DNA of 54,160 bases, counting the filler, from Basidiobolus ranarum (taxonomy: Eukaryota), in NCBI GenBank assembly GCA_040143965.1. It is 4 parts of 4 records of this genome, joined end to end, with 100 filler letters (N's around TTAATTAATTAA, not from the genome) between each part and the next. Parts side by side here need not be neighbours in the genome. Positions count along the whole stretch, not along the records: positions 27,162 to 40,614 come from JASJQH010000480.1; positions 40,715 to 54,160 come from JASJQH010000481.1; 2 more parts are not named here. One strand, 5' to 3'. Positions 34,600-46,214 of the stretch are shown piece after piece. The translations under genes and the position numbers were made by a program. Under the pieces are notes generated by a model. It was not told the DNA's origin. It searched no databases and saw nothing but the letters and a program-made list of their open reading frames with translations. Numbering within the stretch: position 1 is the first letter of the stretch; the number at the start of each line of letters is the position of its first letter.

Positions 34600-37135
34600 T
34601 TATGTATGCATTGGTTTTTTGAACTAGATTAAAAGTATACTCAGAAGTTGCTGTACAGTCAAACAACTGATTTACTGGCCTGCTACTCAAGTCACCAAAT
34701 TGTGTTAGAATTAAACCCACTTAAGCAATATCATACACTTTCTTTAAATAGCTAAGTCTATCCTCATTGGGACCAGATCTACTAACAATATTATCAGCAA
34801 TACCAATTTTAAAATAATATTCTACATCTCTAACTATCGATAGACTTACCTAGTTCATTTTTGCATTAGATGTACCTACATAGCTTTTGAGCACTTTTTT
34901 GACAATTAGTCTTTGAATAACAGAATTAATTCCCAATATCAGTCACTTGTTAGTACAAATTGTGTAAATGGTGATATTTGGATTTCTGATAATGGTGCTT
35001 ATAACATTTACCCTAGGTTATTGCTGGTAAAATATAGGGCTGGTGGGGGATGTTTTAAGCAATAGAGTTTGAAATACTTGTATAATAGGTGATTTTAACC
35101 TGTAATAGAGTTTTATGCATTATGGATCCAACACAAAAGATAATTCATTGGATTGCATTGTGAAAATCTGTGGCAGTAAGATGTACAGTCTTAGGGTTAA
35201 TTTGGATGATTTTAAAATCCTAAGTATGCCTTTGCTAATTGCTAGATAATCCACACATACACTGAAAATATATTCAAATATTCTGCCAGGCTAAAGTTGA
35301 CTAAAAGTGATTGGCAACTTAGATGAAGCATAATGATAAGTCAGGTCTATACTATTTGAGTAGCAGGTCACAATGAGTATATACTTTGTACTCAGATACA
35401 ATGGGTGGCATTGTTTTAGTTGCTTCATGCTTAATAAAATATGATTCCTTTTATGGAAGGGAAGATACATTTTGGACATTTCCAAATAAATATGATTGAA
35501 TGAAATCCAATTTTTGGAACAATTTGGTTAAACCAGAGCTCTTGAATGGCTGTTGGGCTTGTTTTTGATATATGCAACCCTCACAAATTTCCATTTTGGT
35601 TGGGAGAGTTAATATGAGTTCCAGATATTATGCAAATCCAGCATGGCCAAATTGCTTACACCATGATTGAACAGTTTCTTGATTGGAATAACTTACACAT
35701 GAGCACCTTGGATGATATGCATGTTTCTATAACTTCTGATCATTTTTTGCAAGGCTAGATAGTTCCCATTTTGATCAGTGATGATGCATTGAGGTTTATC
35801 AAAATTGTATTTTAGTCCTTCCCAGGTGGCCTGGAATACAGATATTAAAATCTTGGCAATATCTAGAAGATGCAGTACATTCTTAAAAGTATACACTTTC
35901 TCTTCAGAAACATCAGTTAAATAGACTGGAATTATTCCCATTTCAATGGCATCCAATGTACAGTCTTCCCTCTTAAGAACCTTTCTAATTGGAATTCCTT
36001 TATAATCCCAAGACTAATGTTTTTCATTTGTGATAAGATGGGATGCTCCAGAGTCAATATGACACATCTGGGAATCCTTATTGGTAGTCATAGATAGAGC
36101 AGATATGAGCAAGTGATCTCTTGATTTAACCACATTTACAGATTCAGTACATTCTTCTTCTTTTGCAATTCTTTTAAAGCAGTATTTGCTTAAATAGCCA
36201 GTTGTTTTACAGTAATCACAGATTGTCCTACTTTTCTTTTTAAAGTGCTTTTGACCTTTACAGGAAGGTTTCCCATAGCTTATTAGAGCATTTTATTCAT
36301 TCTTTTGATTGGATCCTAATTTGCATAAATCTTCATCCAGAAGTCTGCCAAATACATAATTTCACAAAGTGTGTTACTTTTTAAAGTGCTTTTGACTTCT
36401 GCATGAAGGTTTTCTATAGCCTATCAAAGTGTTATTTTGATTATTTTGGTTTGATTGTAATTTGCATAAATCTTCATCCAGAAAACTGCCAAATACAAAA
36501 TATAAGGTCAAATTTTCAGTTCTTGATTATTAAACTGTTACTAGGCTCTGAAACTCATGTGGCAGGCTATTCAGGACTGTGACTATGATATCCTGACTGG
36601 TAGTAGGTACTGCAATGCATGCCACATCATCTGCTAAATTAGTGACTATTAATTGGTGAAATATATTTTTCTCCTGGCTTCAACTTGAAATCTAAGAAAT
36701 TTCTTCTTTGAAGCATATAGTTGCCAGCAGAACATGTTTAGTTGGTATCTTCCAAGATTTCCTTACCTTCTTGCCAGTTTTGACTTTTAAATATTAAGTT
36801 TTCATTTGTCTCCAACATTAAGACAAAATGTGTTAAAGCTAATTTGTTCTTTTCTAACCCGGAGCAAAACTGTGGTTTCAGATGGTTTTGCATTGTTTTC
36901 TTCTCCTACAACAGTATCCCAAGGTCCTTTTTCTTGCAGCAGCATCTTCATTTCAATTTTCAATCTTGATGATTACTTTCATACAATTTTTCATAAGTGG
37001 GAAAAGTTTCAGACTGGAGAAAAAGATTAGAGAGAGTGCAAGCTTGTGACTCATTACCTGTTAAAGTATTTTGGGATCCTGTTAGAAATTATTTAGAGAA
37101 TTAGACTCATAATGTTGAATAAGAATTAAGGGAAG
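34600..37135 (-). mobile_element. Degenerate Ty1/copia retrotransposon: LTR end, PBS, gag, protease, start of integrase (left boundary approximate)
   Basis: LTR end at 37059 with degenerate PBS. Gag pieces MKMLLQEKGPWDTVVG and TVLNSLPHEFQSLV, zinc knuckle CDYCKTTGYLSKYC, protease region FKNVLHLLDIAKILISV...CIITD, integrase zinc-finger half CEGCIYQKQ. Many stops. Confidence 0.85.
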
Positions 37136-37136
37136 G

Positions 37137-37800
37137 TGTTGGATAATTAATCTTTATTCAATATCTTAGTTAACTTCAGTTATGATACATATATAAGAAA
37201 CAGAAAGCAACATATCTATAGCCCCTACATTCTAAATAGGAGTATTTCTATATCTATATAACTGTTGAAATTAGCATTGCCTAAACATCTATATAGTCCT
37301 GTATAGTTTAATACTTAGTTATCTTATAATTCACTAAGATATTATCAATTATTCTCAATTGGAATATACTTAGAATATGTTTACCAACTTAGAAGTTCTC
37401 AGATATATATACTTTTTCAAACTTGTGCTAGAAGCCTCAAACTTTGCACATATGTTCCTGGGACCTTCTTTAACATATTCTACATGTTAGTTAGTTTACA
37501 TCTTGACAATACTATAAATGTCAACTTTCTACTCAATAAATTTATAAGCAAAAACCACCAATTCCTCTAATTCTCAAAACCACTTCCAACTGGCTCCCAA
37601 ATACTTTTGCAATGACAAGTATGTCTTATTACCCCCACTTATCTATTATATCTTATTACAGAAACTCCTGAATACCTCAAACAATTGATTTACTTTTCTA
37701 CTATATAAGTCACCATATCCTCATAAGAATAAAGTAACTAAAGCACACTATCATAAGTTGCTTCTAATACACATAGTCTACCCCCATTATGTCTAGATCC
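37137..37800 (+). mobile_element. Family B LTR interrupted by a family A solo LTR
   Basis: Starts TGTTGG. Segments 37137-37262 and 37617-37800 are contiguous in the uninterrupted inverted copy at 37845-38116; the 3' part matches 1-103. Confidence 0.8.
37263..37611 (+). mobile_element. Complete solo LTR (family A), 349 bp
   Basis: TG...CA termini with flanking 5-bp target duplication ATAAC/ATGAC (one mismatch). Confidence 0.85.
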
Positions 37801-37844
37801 TATAGCATATTCACTAATTCCTATTCCTGCTCATGTACATTACT

Positions 37845-38116
37845 AGAAACTGATGATAGTGTGCTTTAGTTACTTTATTCATATGAGGATATGGTGACTT
37901 ATATAGTAGAAAAGTAAATCAATTGTTTGAGATATTCAGAAGTTTGTGCAATAAGATATAACAGATCAGTGGGGGTAATTAGACATACTGGTTATATAGA
38001 TATAGAGATATTCCTATTTAGAATATAGGGGCTATAGATATATTGCTTTCTGTTTTGAATATATGTATCATTACTAAAGTTAACCAAGATATTGAATAAA
38101 TATTAATTATTCAACA
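37845..38116 (-). mobile_element. Family B LTR, inverted, 3'-truncated
   Basis: Reverse complement of 37137-37262 plus 37617-37765; begins TGTTGA on the minus strand at 38116. Confidence 0.8.
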
Positions 38117-38933
38117 TTAGGAAAAGCTAATTTCAAAACATTTCTGGTTCTCTTATAGCACTACATGCCAAACTGCTTGAAGTTATGCATTTTAATATGC
38201 CTCCAAACATATAGCTCATATATATATAAATTGTTCCTAAATGACCATATTTGATTTGTAATTGCAAAGTTATGGTTGCAGATTTCACTGTAGCTTATTT
38301 ATTCTGGTAGATATTTTGAACAAATGCAATATAATTCTCTGTTACATGTCAATTCTCACAAAATTGGCAAGCAAATCACAACTCCATTTCCTGAACATCC
38401 ATTATAAACCCTTAATATCCCAATAAATATATGCACAATCTTTCATATCTGCGGGATTTGAAAGCAAAAATAAATGGAGATTTTGCATGCCAGTTGATTC
38501 TTCATATCACTTAGAAGATGACTCTGACAGGTAGATATGAGTGGCTTATGGGGAACAGGCAAAAAATTAAATCTTGCTCACACTTTCCATCCCTATAACC
38601 AAGCAGCAAGATTGCAAATGTGCTTGAAAAATGGTTAGCTCATTATATACTTTGACAAAGAAAATGAATCTTTGTGTTTGTGTTATATAACTATCTAGGT
38701 ATGTAATGGTAATAATTAAAAGCAGAAATTACTTTGATTTTTTGTGCTACATTCTAAGTGTCAATGTGAACAATAAGCATTGGCACATAATTAGTTATGA
38801 ATCAATAGACCAATATTGTGAAGGATAAAGCTTCCAAGGTTTCCATTACTTATCAATACTGTAGCCTTCAGTCTTGGGAAAGAAGGATACCAAAATGCAA
38901 AGTTATGCTCAGAATATTTAAGGGAGTAAATTG

Positions 38934-39147
38934 TGTTGAAATTAACATTGTCTAAACACTAATATGGTTATATCTAGCTTAGTATTTAGTTATGCTATAT
39001 TGAACCAAGATATCACCCATTATTCTCATGAGGAATGTACTTGAAATATTCTTACTAACTTAGAAGTTATGAAATATATAGATTTTTCAAATTTGTACTA
39101 TAGCCCTAAATGTTGCACCCATGTCCTGGGACCCTCCTTAACACATT
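38934..39147 (+). mobile_element. 5' part of a family A LTR, truncated next to the LINE-like insertion
   Basis: tgttgaaattaacattgtctaaacac...gggaccctccttaacacat aligns with 37263-37477. Confidence 0.8.
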
Positions 39148-39153
39148 TGGTGG

Positions 39154-39725
39154 TTAGGGGCAGACAGTCACCCACAGGTGAAATCTTTATTTAAAACAAA
39201 ACAAAGAAGCCATAACTACTTTTGCAGTTTCTTAGGGTTAGGGTTAGAGAAAGAGTGAAGATCTGGAGTATTGGTATGAATGTTGCAAAGTAGAAAAGTT
39301 AAGTCAGTAGAGTCTAAGACGCTATTAGGAGGGGCGGGAGATGGTAACAAAGGTAAAAATAGTTTGTCAACAATAGAAAATAGTGGAATGAGACCAGGAT
39401 TAACATAGAGCATAAAGGGAGTGTGTTTCTGAAGATAGTGCTGCCAAAGGTCAGCCAAGTATTCCTCATAGGCAAGGGTAAGCCTCTCAGCTTGTTCACA
39501 AATGGAAGCAAATTTTCTGACTTCAGGATCTCCTAGCAATATTCTCCAGCAAGAAGATGAATCAGTCAAGTGGGAACCTCTCCAGGACATAATCAGAGGG
39601 TTCTGACTCTTACAAATCCTGATGAATAGTCTAGTCTTGAGGTAGAGAATTCTAAGACTATATGGAAGTAATCCAAAGGCACCAAGTATGGCATGTCTGT
39701 AAGGGCACAATGTAAGTGATATCAT
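39154..39725 (-). mobile_element. LINE-like ORF2 C-terminal fragment (39248-39725) plus a 94-bp telomere-capped 3'-end copy (39154-39247)
   Basis: ORF HAILGAFGLLPYSLRILYLKTRLFIRI...PLFSIVDK resembles the post-RT region of LINEs. The 94-bp unit has AATAAA and the same two termini as 8447-8898. Confidence 0.55.
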
Positions 39726-40614
39726 TCAATATTGCGGAAAGTATCATGGACAAATTAGCTCTAGTCTTTGTGTTCCGCTAGGAAAATAGATGGTCTGAAA
39801 TAGCAATGACTTTAATCTGTAGTTTGTATCATATTAGCGTACAAGGTAGAGGGGTATCCGGCTTAAGTCTCAAATGAACCCGTATATACGAGTTGATGTT
39901 GAATAAAATTGAGCTATATATTCTTAGTAGTGGAGTCAGCACTAAATCAACAAACCATGTGTTGAATTATTCCATTCATAGATAATATAAAGGCAGTTTG
40001 GAAGACTATACCGGTTATGTAACCCTTTAAGTGACACATCACCATCAAGTTCAAGATCTATCATGAATACAACTATGCTTGGGTAAATTACAACAAATCT
40101 TACCGGAAATCCACCAGTGGTTTTTGAAATTCATACTAGGTAGCTTGAGGGAGTGTTGGATAGCAATGTACGTTTGGAACTGACGGTGGCATCCAGCAAG
40201 TATTGTAATGATTAATATGCATTAACTATTATATCCCCATATAATTATCATATTTATAATTATATGGTAAAAATCTCTAGAATCAGCAAGACTAGTTGGA
40301 AGACAGTAAGGTATAGTATAGTACATGACTTTCTCTATACAAATAGTAACAATACTTGGGAAGTTATAAAAAGAATGTTTCTGTTTGTAAGCGACTAAAT
40401 CATGTATATCTGAATAGATGTGTTTAGTGAGGTTATATAACTTGGGAGGCTTTTGGCGTACGAGATCTGATTCCCATAGTAGAAATCTTCGTATATATTG
40501 GTTATGAATATGCAAGTAGTTAACTATGTCCGTATCCAGCCGTGACTATTAATGGACCAACTCACTAATATCTTTTAAATGGTTGTAGAGATGATTGAAA
40601 CAGGAGAATTGGGA

Positions 40615-40714
40615 NNNNNNNNNNNNNNNNNNNNNNNNNNNNNNNNNNNNNNNNNNNNTTAATTAATTAANNNNNNNNNNNNNNNNNNNNNNNNNNNNNN
40701 NNNNNNNNNNNNNN
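40615..40714. other. Artificial contig linker
   Basis: N run with central TTAATTAATTAA. Confidence 0.95.
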
Positions 40715-42916
40715 AACTTCAAAAGAAAGTGGCTGGATAATGGAAGCTACTCTTTGATGTTAGAGGAATGTGGTAGGCAACTATCTACTACAAATAGCAT
40801 ACCAACGACAGCTGGACTATAAGATCAAATTAGTATGAAAGACTACGAGGAGTATAATGACTGATGAATACAATATAGCAGGTGAGGAAACCGAGGTTTT
40901 GTCAAGCTTTTGATTTGAAGGAGACGAACATTTCCTTCGCAAACGTTTACCTTTAATTATCTGACCAAGGATACCTAAATTTAATTGACACTACCAAATG
41001 AATATGACACTTTCTATTACTTACTCTACGTATATGTTGTTGGTGGAATGTATCCTTTTGTTTATCAAAAAAGCAAGATTTGGCTGGGATAATCTACGTT
41101 GAAAACCATTAGAACGATATGTAAAGATTGTACCTCATGCTAGATGTTTTCTTACCTTCTGCTCTGAGGCAGAATTAATTTGTGACTTTTCTTTAATGAG
41201 ATTATGGTCTGTGAGGAAATCAGAAATGAGCTCCGTGAATAGTAATAAGATTTCATCCCAATTCTTCTCAGTACAAACAGTTAATAAACCATTTTTTAAT
41301 AAAGTTTTACTCTGTTCTAACCTCAAACTCCACTATAGATTTTGCCGGATCAAGACAGATGTCATATGAAGTTGGTGAACAATTGAGCTCCAGAGCATAG
41401 ACGGGATATTTTGGTAATGGAGAATCTTCTAATATGGTTAGTGTCAACTCAAATCCTAATTGACGGGAACTTTAAAAATAGAAACCTAATTTGCCTAACA
41501 TCTAAAATAACATTATTAATGGTTCTTTGTTGAGACAACATCCTCTGAACTGTACCTGCTTCCCAAAGTTACTTTGAGCAAAAATTGAGTTTATAGTATA
41601 ATGAATCGAGTTGGGAAGTAGCACCCTTTTATTCAAGACTAAAGCTCTTTAGGCTCGAATGGATGATCAAATATGATTTAACTCTCAGCCTTACATATGT
41701 GTTGACACATCTGGAAAGGGACTATGTTAGTGGTATCTTCAATTCTTAATTGAAGATATTTGTTACCTGGTTTGGATGGCCATAAAGAGATATAAAACCA
41801 GTAATCATTTTATCGTTTTTCTTTAATGTTACACGTTGTAACTTCTTTGGAATTTCTTGAGTGACCATCTAATGTTGTCCATGGCATTTAATTACAAGAT
41901 ACCTTTGCTTGAAAATTGCCACTAAACCTTCGTAAACCAACGATTGGTGAACGCTAGTAAGGGTAATCTACATAAGTCAACATTCGTATTTTACAAGATG
42001 ATGAAATATATACCCTTTCGAGAATCATAATCTTTTGATACGAATCATCTCTTATAATAACGTTGATTTGTGGAAAAGGCATGAATAATATCTCCACTGC
42101 TCTCTTGATATCTTGAATTTTATGTCTTTTGGTTTGATAATATTTACGTTTGACAGGATACTAAATCATAAATTAGTCAAATTATCAGGCATTAAACTTA
42201 AAGAAGGATATGGTACATTGTAGAATATGTCTCGAATTATAACTGAAGTTCCAGCTCCTTGTCGCTTTGAGAATCTAGTGAGACCATCATATTTTACTTT
42301 ACCACCCTATCAAAGGTTTTTTAGCCGATGTATGTGACATTTTGGAAACAAACATACCTTGATTTGACAACTATATGAGTCAAAGTAATCTTTATGGAGA
42401 CTACATATCTCTACTGTTGCTAACTCTCCAATACTTGCTAATGCTGCGCCCAAAATTAGAAATTCTATGATATAAAACTAATAATAAAATATAACGTTTA
42501 CCTTCACCTCGAAAACCAAAGGTAGTAATCATCGAAAGGTCTTGCAATGATCTGCATTTTGATGTAACTGGATAAATGAAATTGATTATTTGAATTCCTC
42601 TTTTATTGAAGAGGCTTAGCAAACTAGCAAACGCACCGTATCTTTGGCCCAATTGTCTCATATCGTCCGGTTGAATACCAATACCGTTGTCATCTACCTG
42701 AATATAAGACTTCTCTAAACTCAAAATAACTTGAATCTGACTAGAACCAGCATCTATACCTAGAAGAGAGGATTTCAGGTTTTGAAAATTGATGATACAA
42801 TGGAAGGTAATATTACTGTTCTGAAGCAATTCTAAGAGACACTGTTCAATCGAAGTGATATTAAGATTAGCACGCAGTTGATGAACTACTTGTTGATCCA
42901 ATTTTTTGATTAACAT
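40715..42916 (-). CDS. MLH3: MutL homologue MLH3, multi-exon; C-terminal part lost in the gap
   Basis: GHKL ATPase motifs ELLQNSIDA, DDNGIG, TSK and TFGFRGEALASI. The segment YDICLDPAKSIVEFE/NWDEIL is characteristic of MLH3. Confidence 0.88.
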
Positions 42917-45022
42917 TATCTTGCCAAAGATAAGAGCAGAGGCTGCTATATATAAACTCACTCATCTTGACTAAATGCTAATAATTGTATAGATCGCCAA
43001 GTATTTGGATGACCTCATGCCATTAGGGTAAACATTTAGCCACTATATTGATGAGGTTACTTCAATCTTATCACATCTGTAAGTACTACAGTGAGGTGGC
43101 TGTATATAACATCACAGGTTGTATAAGTATATATGTCCAAAATGAATCAGGAATGCACCCATGAATCTGATATTTGTGGATTAGAAATTGAATTCATGTT
43201 CATACCCATTATAATAATCTGAATTCAGAAAAAAATATACTTGTACATCCTTGCAGCTACAAATATCTGTTCCAGGTCAAAACGGGGCCAAATTCTTTTT
43301 ACAAATAATCAAGTAATTCTGTTGATATATTTGCTTCATTACTTTCTTAGTGCCCATTCACTCGAATAGTGTGTTGCATTGATAGATGCGATACCCATAT
43401 GGATTTTGTAAAAGGTTTATACCCTGGACCAATATTGCTGTCTTTACTGATATCTTTACCATTCATCAATACTTGTTACTACTAACCAAAGACGTTTGAC
43501 CTTGACTTATATTAAGTATTGCTGGTATCGCTTGGAAATGTGCAATAAAATACTTTTAAAATATTTACTTCAACCAATATACTCTCTCTCATACACTCCT
43601 ATATCACGTTTACCATGAGAATACCAACATGATACTACGCTCAACTGTCTTCTTGCTTGGTAATGAAAATATACTTAAATATCTGACAAGCACATTATTT
43701 GAGGATGAATCAGGTATGTATTGTATATTTGAACAATTAAACAACAAATACTTATTTTCATTATTTGATTCTCATCATCAGATTATTCTTATGTATACTC
43801 TCCTAGATTAGTAAAGTATCAAAGATTAAAACAGTCTTTCGTACATCCATAGTTCTCCATGAAAGAATACCAAAATAGGAGTAATATGAATCCATACTTG
43901 TGCTTCTCTGACACCAAGGATATACTTTGGTTTTGATACTGAACTGATTACCATATTCAACTTCGAGTAATGTCATAGTATACGGAATTGCTATCCAATT
44001 TCTAGAAACCATTTCAACTCAAGTTGACTTTAAACAAATGCCTCATAAATGTATGTGTTACACCAAGTCTTAGAATCCAGTAAAACTTTTCCTCCCGCAC
44101 ATGTTAGTAACGTAGACTTCAAAACCATACGCCAAATCTAGCAATGGCCAAGTACGTGTGCCAAGGTTCCACTATTTTGCCCAACCATCACAACTAAATT
44201 AACTTATTGTTTTCATGGCGTAGACTCGGAGATTCGCCAAATAAAATGTGGCTTACCGAACCATGTGAATAGTACTACTACGTGTGCCTTTGTTCTTGTT
44301 ACTTATCAAGCTTACCAGAATTCCAAACCATAGATTGATACTATAGTAGCGAAGATTTCTTGCATGTGGCATCCGATGTAACATACACTTAACAGTTAGA
44401 GGTAAATTATATACATGGATCAACTACAAAGCCATAGAATCAAATTTTTATATCGAATCATTGGCAAACTACATAGTTAACTGAGACTTTTTTAAATCGT
44501 TTAATTTAAACAAACATCTGATGTGGATTATGGTAACTATGAGACCCAACCTCCAACCAAAATCTTGTTAGAGCGAAAATGGACTAGGCCGATTCTATCG
44601 AGTTATTGTTAATAAAAACTTTTAATGGAGGAGTAGGCTGAATTAATTACATGACAGGTTGCTTGCGTTCAATAACAAGTTCAGGAGTTTTAGCTTTGGT
44701 TGGGACCAGAAATAATACAGCATACTATACTATATTCGCAGTGGACACAAATCGGTAGAGATGGTTGGCAAGTTACAAAATTGAAAGGTGATTTTCGAGT
44801 GATTAAATAATAGCTCAGGTAAAAAGAAGTGTGGGAAGCGTAGGATTTCAAAATACTCCAATGTTGTCCTGATGACTATACAGATAGGTGAAGTTAATTT
44901 ATATACCCACAATAAAGCAGAGCTTTTCATGTGGGGAAATGCCAAGATGATATGGGACGAAAAAATTACAAATTTTAAAAATAAAAATAATGTTCGAACA
45001 GTTACGAATAATGTAAACGTCC

Positions 45023-46214
45023 TCAACTTTGACTAACCGACGACTTACGACTTCGGAAAAGAGAAGTCAAGGCGCTTTTTACTGTCTCACTTTTGCTACT
45101 GGCAGACATTCGTCGAACAAGCCCGCCACCTCGCGGCGATACTTGGTTGGGAGAAGAGGTAGGTGTGTATGATAAAGGCATGACTTGATCCTCTTCTTCA
45201 GAAGAATCTAAAAGGTAGGTTTCATTCATATGATCCACTCTAGTTGTGTTTATGGCAAGAGGTTGCGTCGAGCTACCAATTCCTATATCACATAAATCGA
45301 CATCCGAAGAATGTGCACTATCTTCACTACTTTCTACAGCAGCCGTACTAATAAATTCATCTGCCTTGAAAGTCTTCGAAAGAGCCACCTCTTGCTCGCA
45401 AGAAGTGGGGAGTGGGAATGGATCATCTACTGTGACATCTGCATCCAAATCGGCAAAGTGGCGACATAATGGGCAAAGAAACCCAGGCTTGGTAGCAACC
45501 ATGAAGCGAACACACTTGAACTGAAAGGCGTGTGAACAGGGTGCTACAAAGAGAGCTTGGAGTTGCTGGAGTGGGTACAAACAAATGCAGCATTCTTCTT
45601 TCCTACAATTGTCACCTGAATCGCAGTCTGTTGTGAGAGATTTGAGAGTCTTTAAGGCATTTTCCCTACAAGAAGAAAGTGTTAAGATCATAAAGAACGC
45701 ATGTTATTTGTATGATCTTAATTACCTGTATTGCTCGGACATTTTCATTTTCCCACGATGGTTAAATTCCATCTTCATACGAACACAACGATACACCTCC
45801 TCGAGTCCACCCTGATAATCAACTCCCAACTGAACAATGTCACCGTCCTTTAGTGAATAGGGCTTACTCTCGCAACCAGGCGGACTAAGACGTACATTAT
45901 TTAGAAAAGTTCCAGACGACGATTTAATGTCCCGAATGAAATACTTAAAACATATTGGTTAATAAACATCCTAATTATCAGGACAATGACTTATCTACCT
46001 GTCCATTCGTAGACCAGAGCTCAGCGTGGCCTCTGCTAACTACTTTACTTTTAAAGGCAATTCTCAAAGGAGACTGAGCTTTCTCAGTAAAGCGTCCTAT
46101 TTTAAGTATAGTTCCTTCCGGTACATCCGTCTCAATGATCGGAAAGTAGAGAGATTTGTTCAGATCCACTATGTGTGGAACTATGCGAATGTGCGGAATT
46201 TCACCTGAAGTCAT
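45023..46214 (-). CDS. DMA1: FHA + RING E3 ubiquitin ligase (Dma1/Dma2/Chf family); exons 46214-45999, 45943-45726, 45665-45023
   Basis: KIGRF, FKSKVVSRGHA, DIKSSSGTFLN and QLGVDYQGG FHA motifs; CCICL...APCSHAFQFKC...CPLCR RING. Confidence 0.92.

Noticed and set aside
43689-43780. Minus-strand ATGATGA...CTGA spaced like a C/D snoRNA
   Set aside because: No convincing terminal stem or rRNA-complementary guide. The CTGA is the reverse of a plus-strand CAG|GTATGT donor-like site.
43803-44012. Fragments EVEYG...KVYP and PILVFFHGELW resembling the start of an alpha/beta-hydrolase
   Set aside because: They lie in different frames and no downstream catalytic motif was found; too weak to call.
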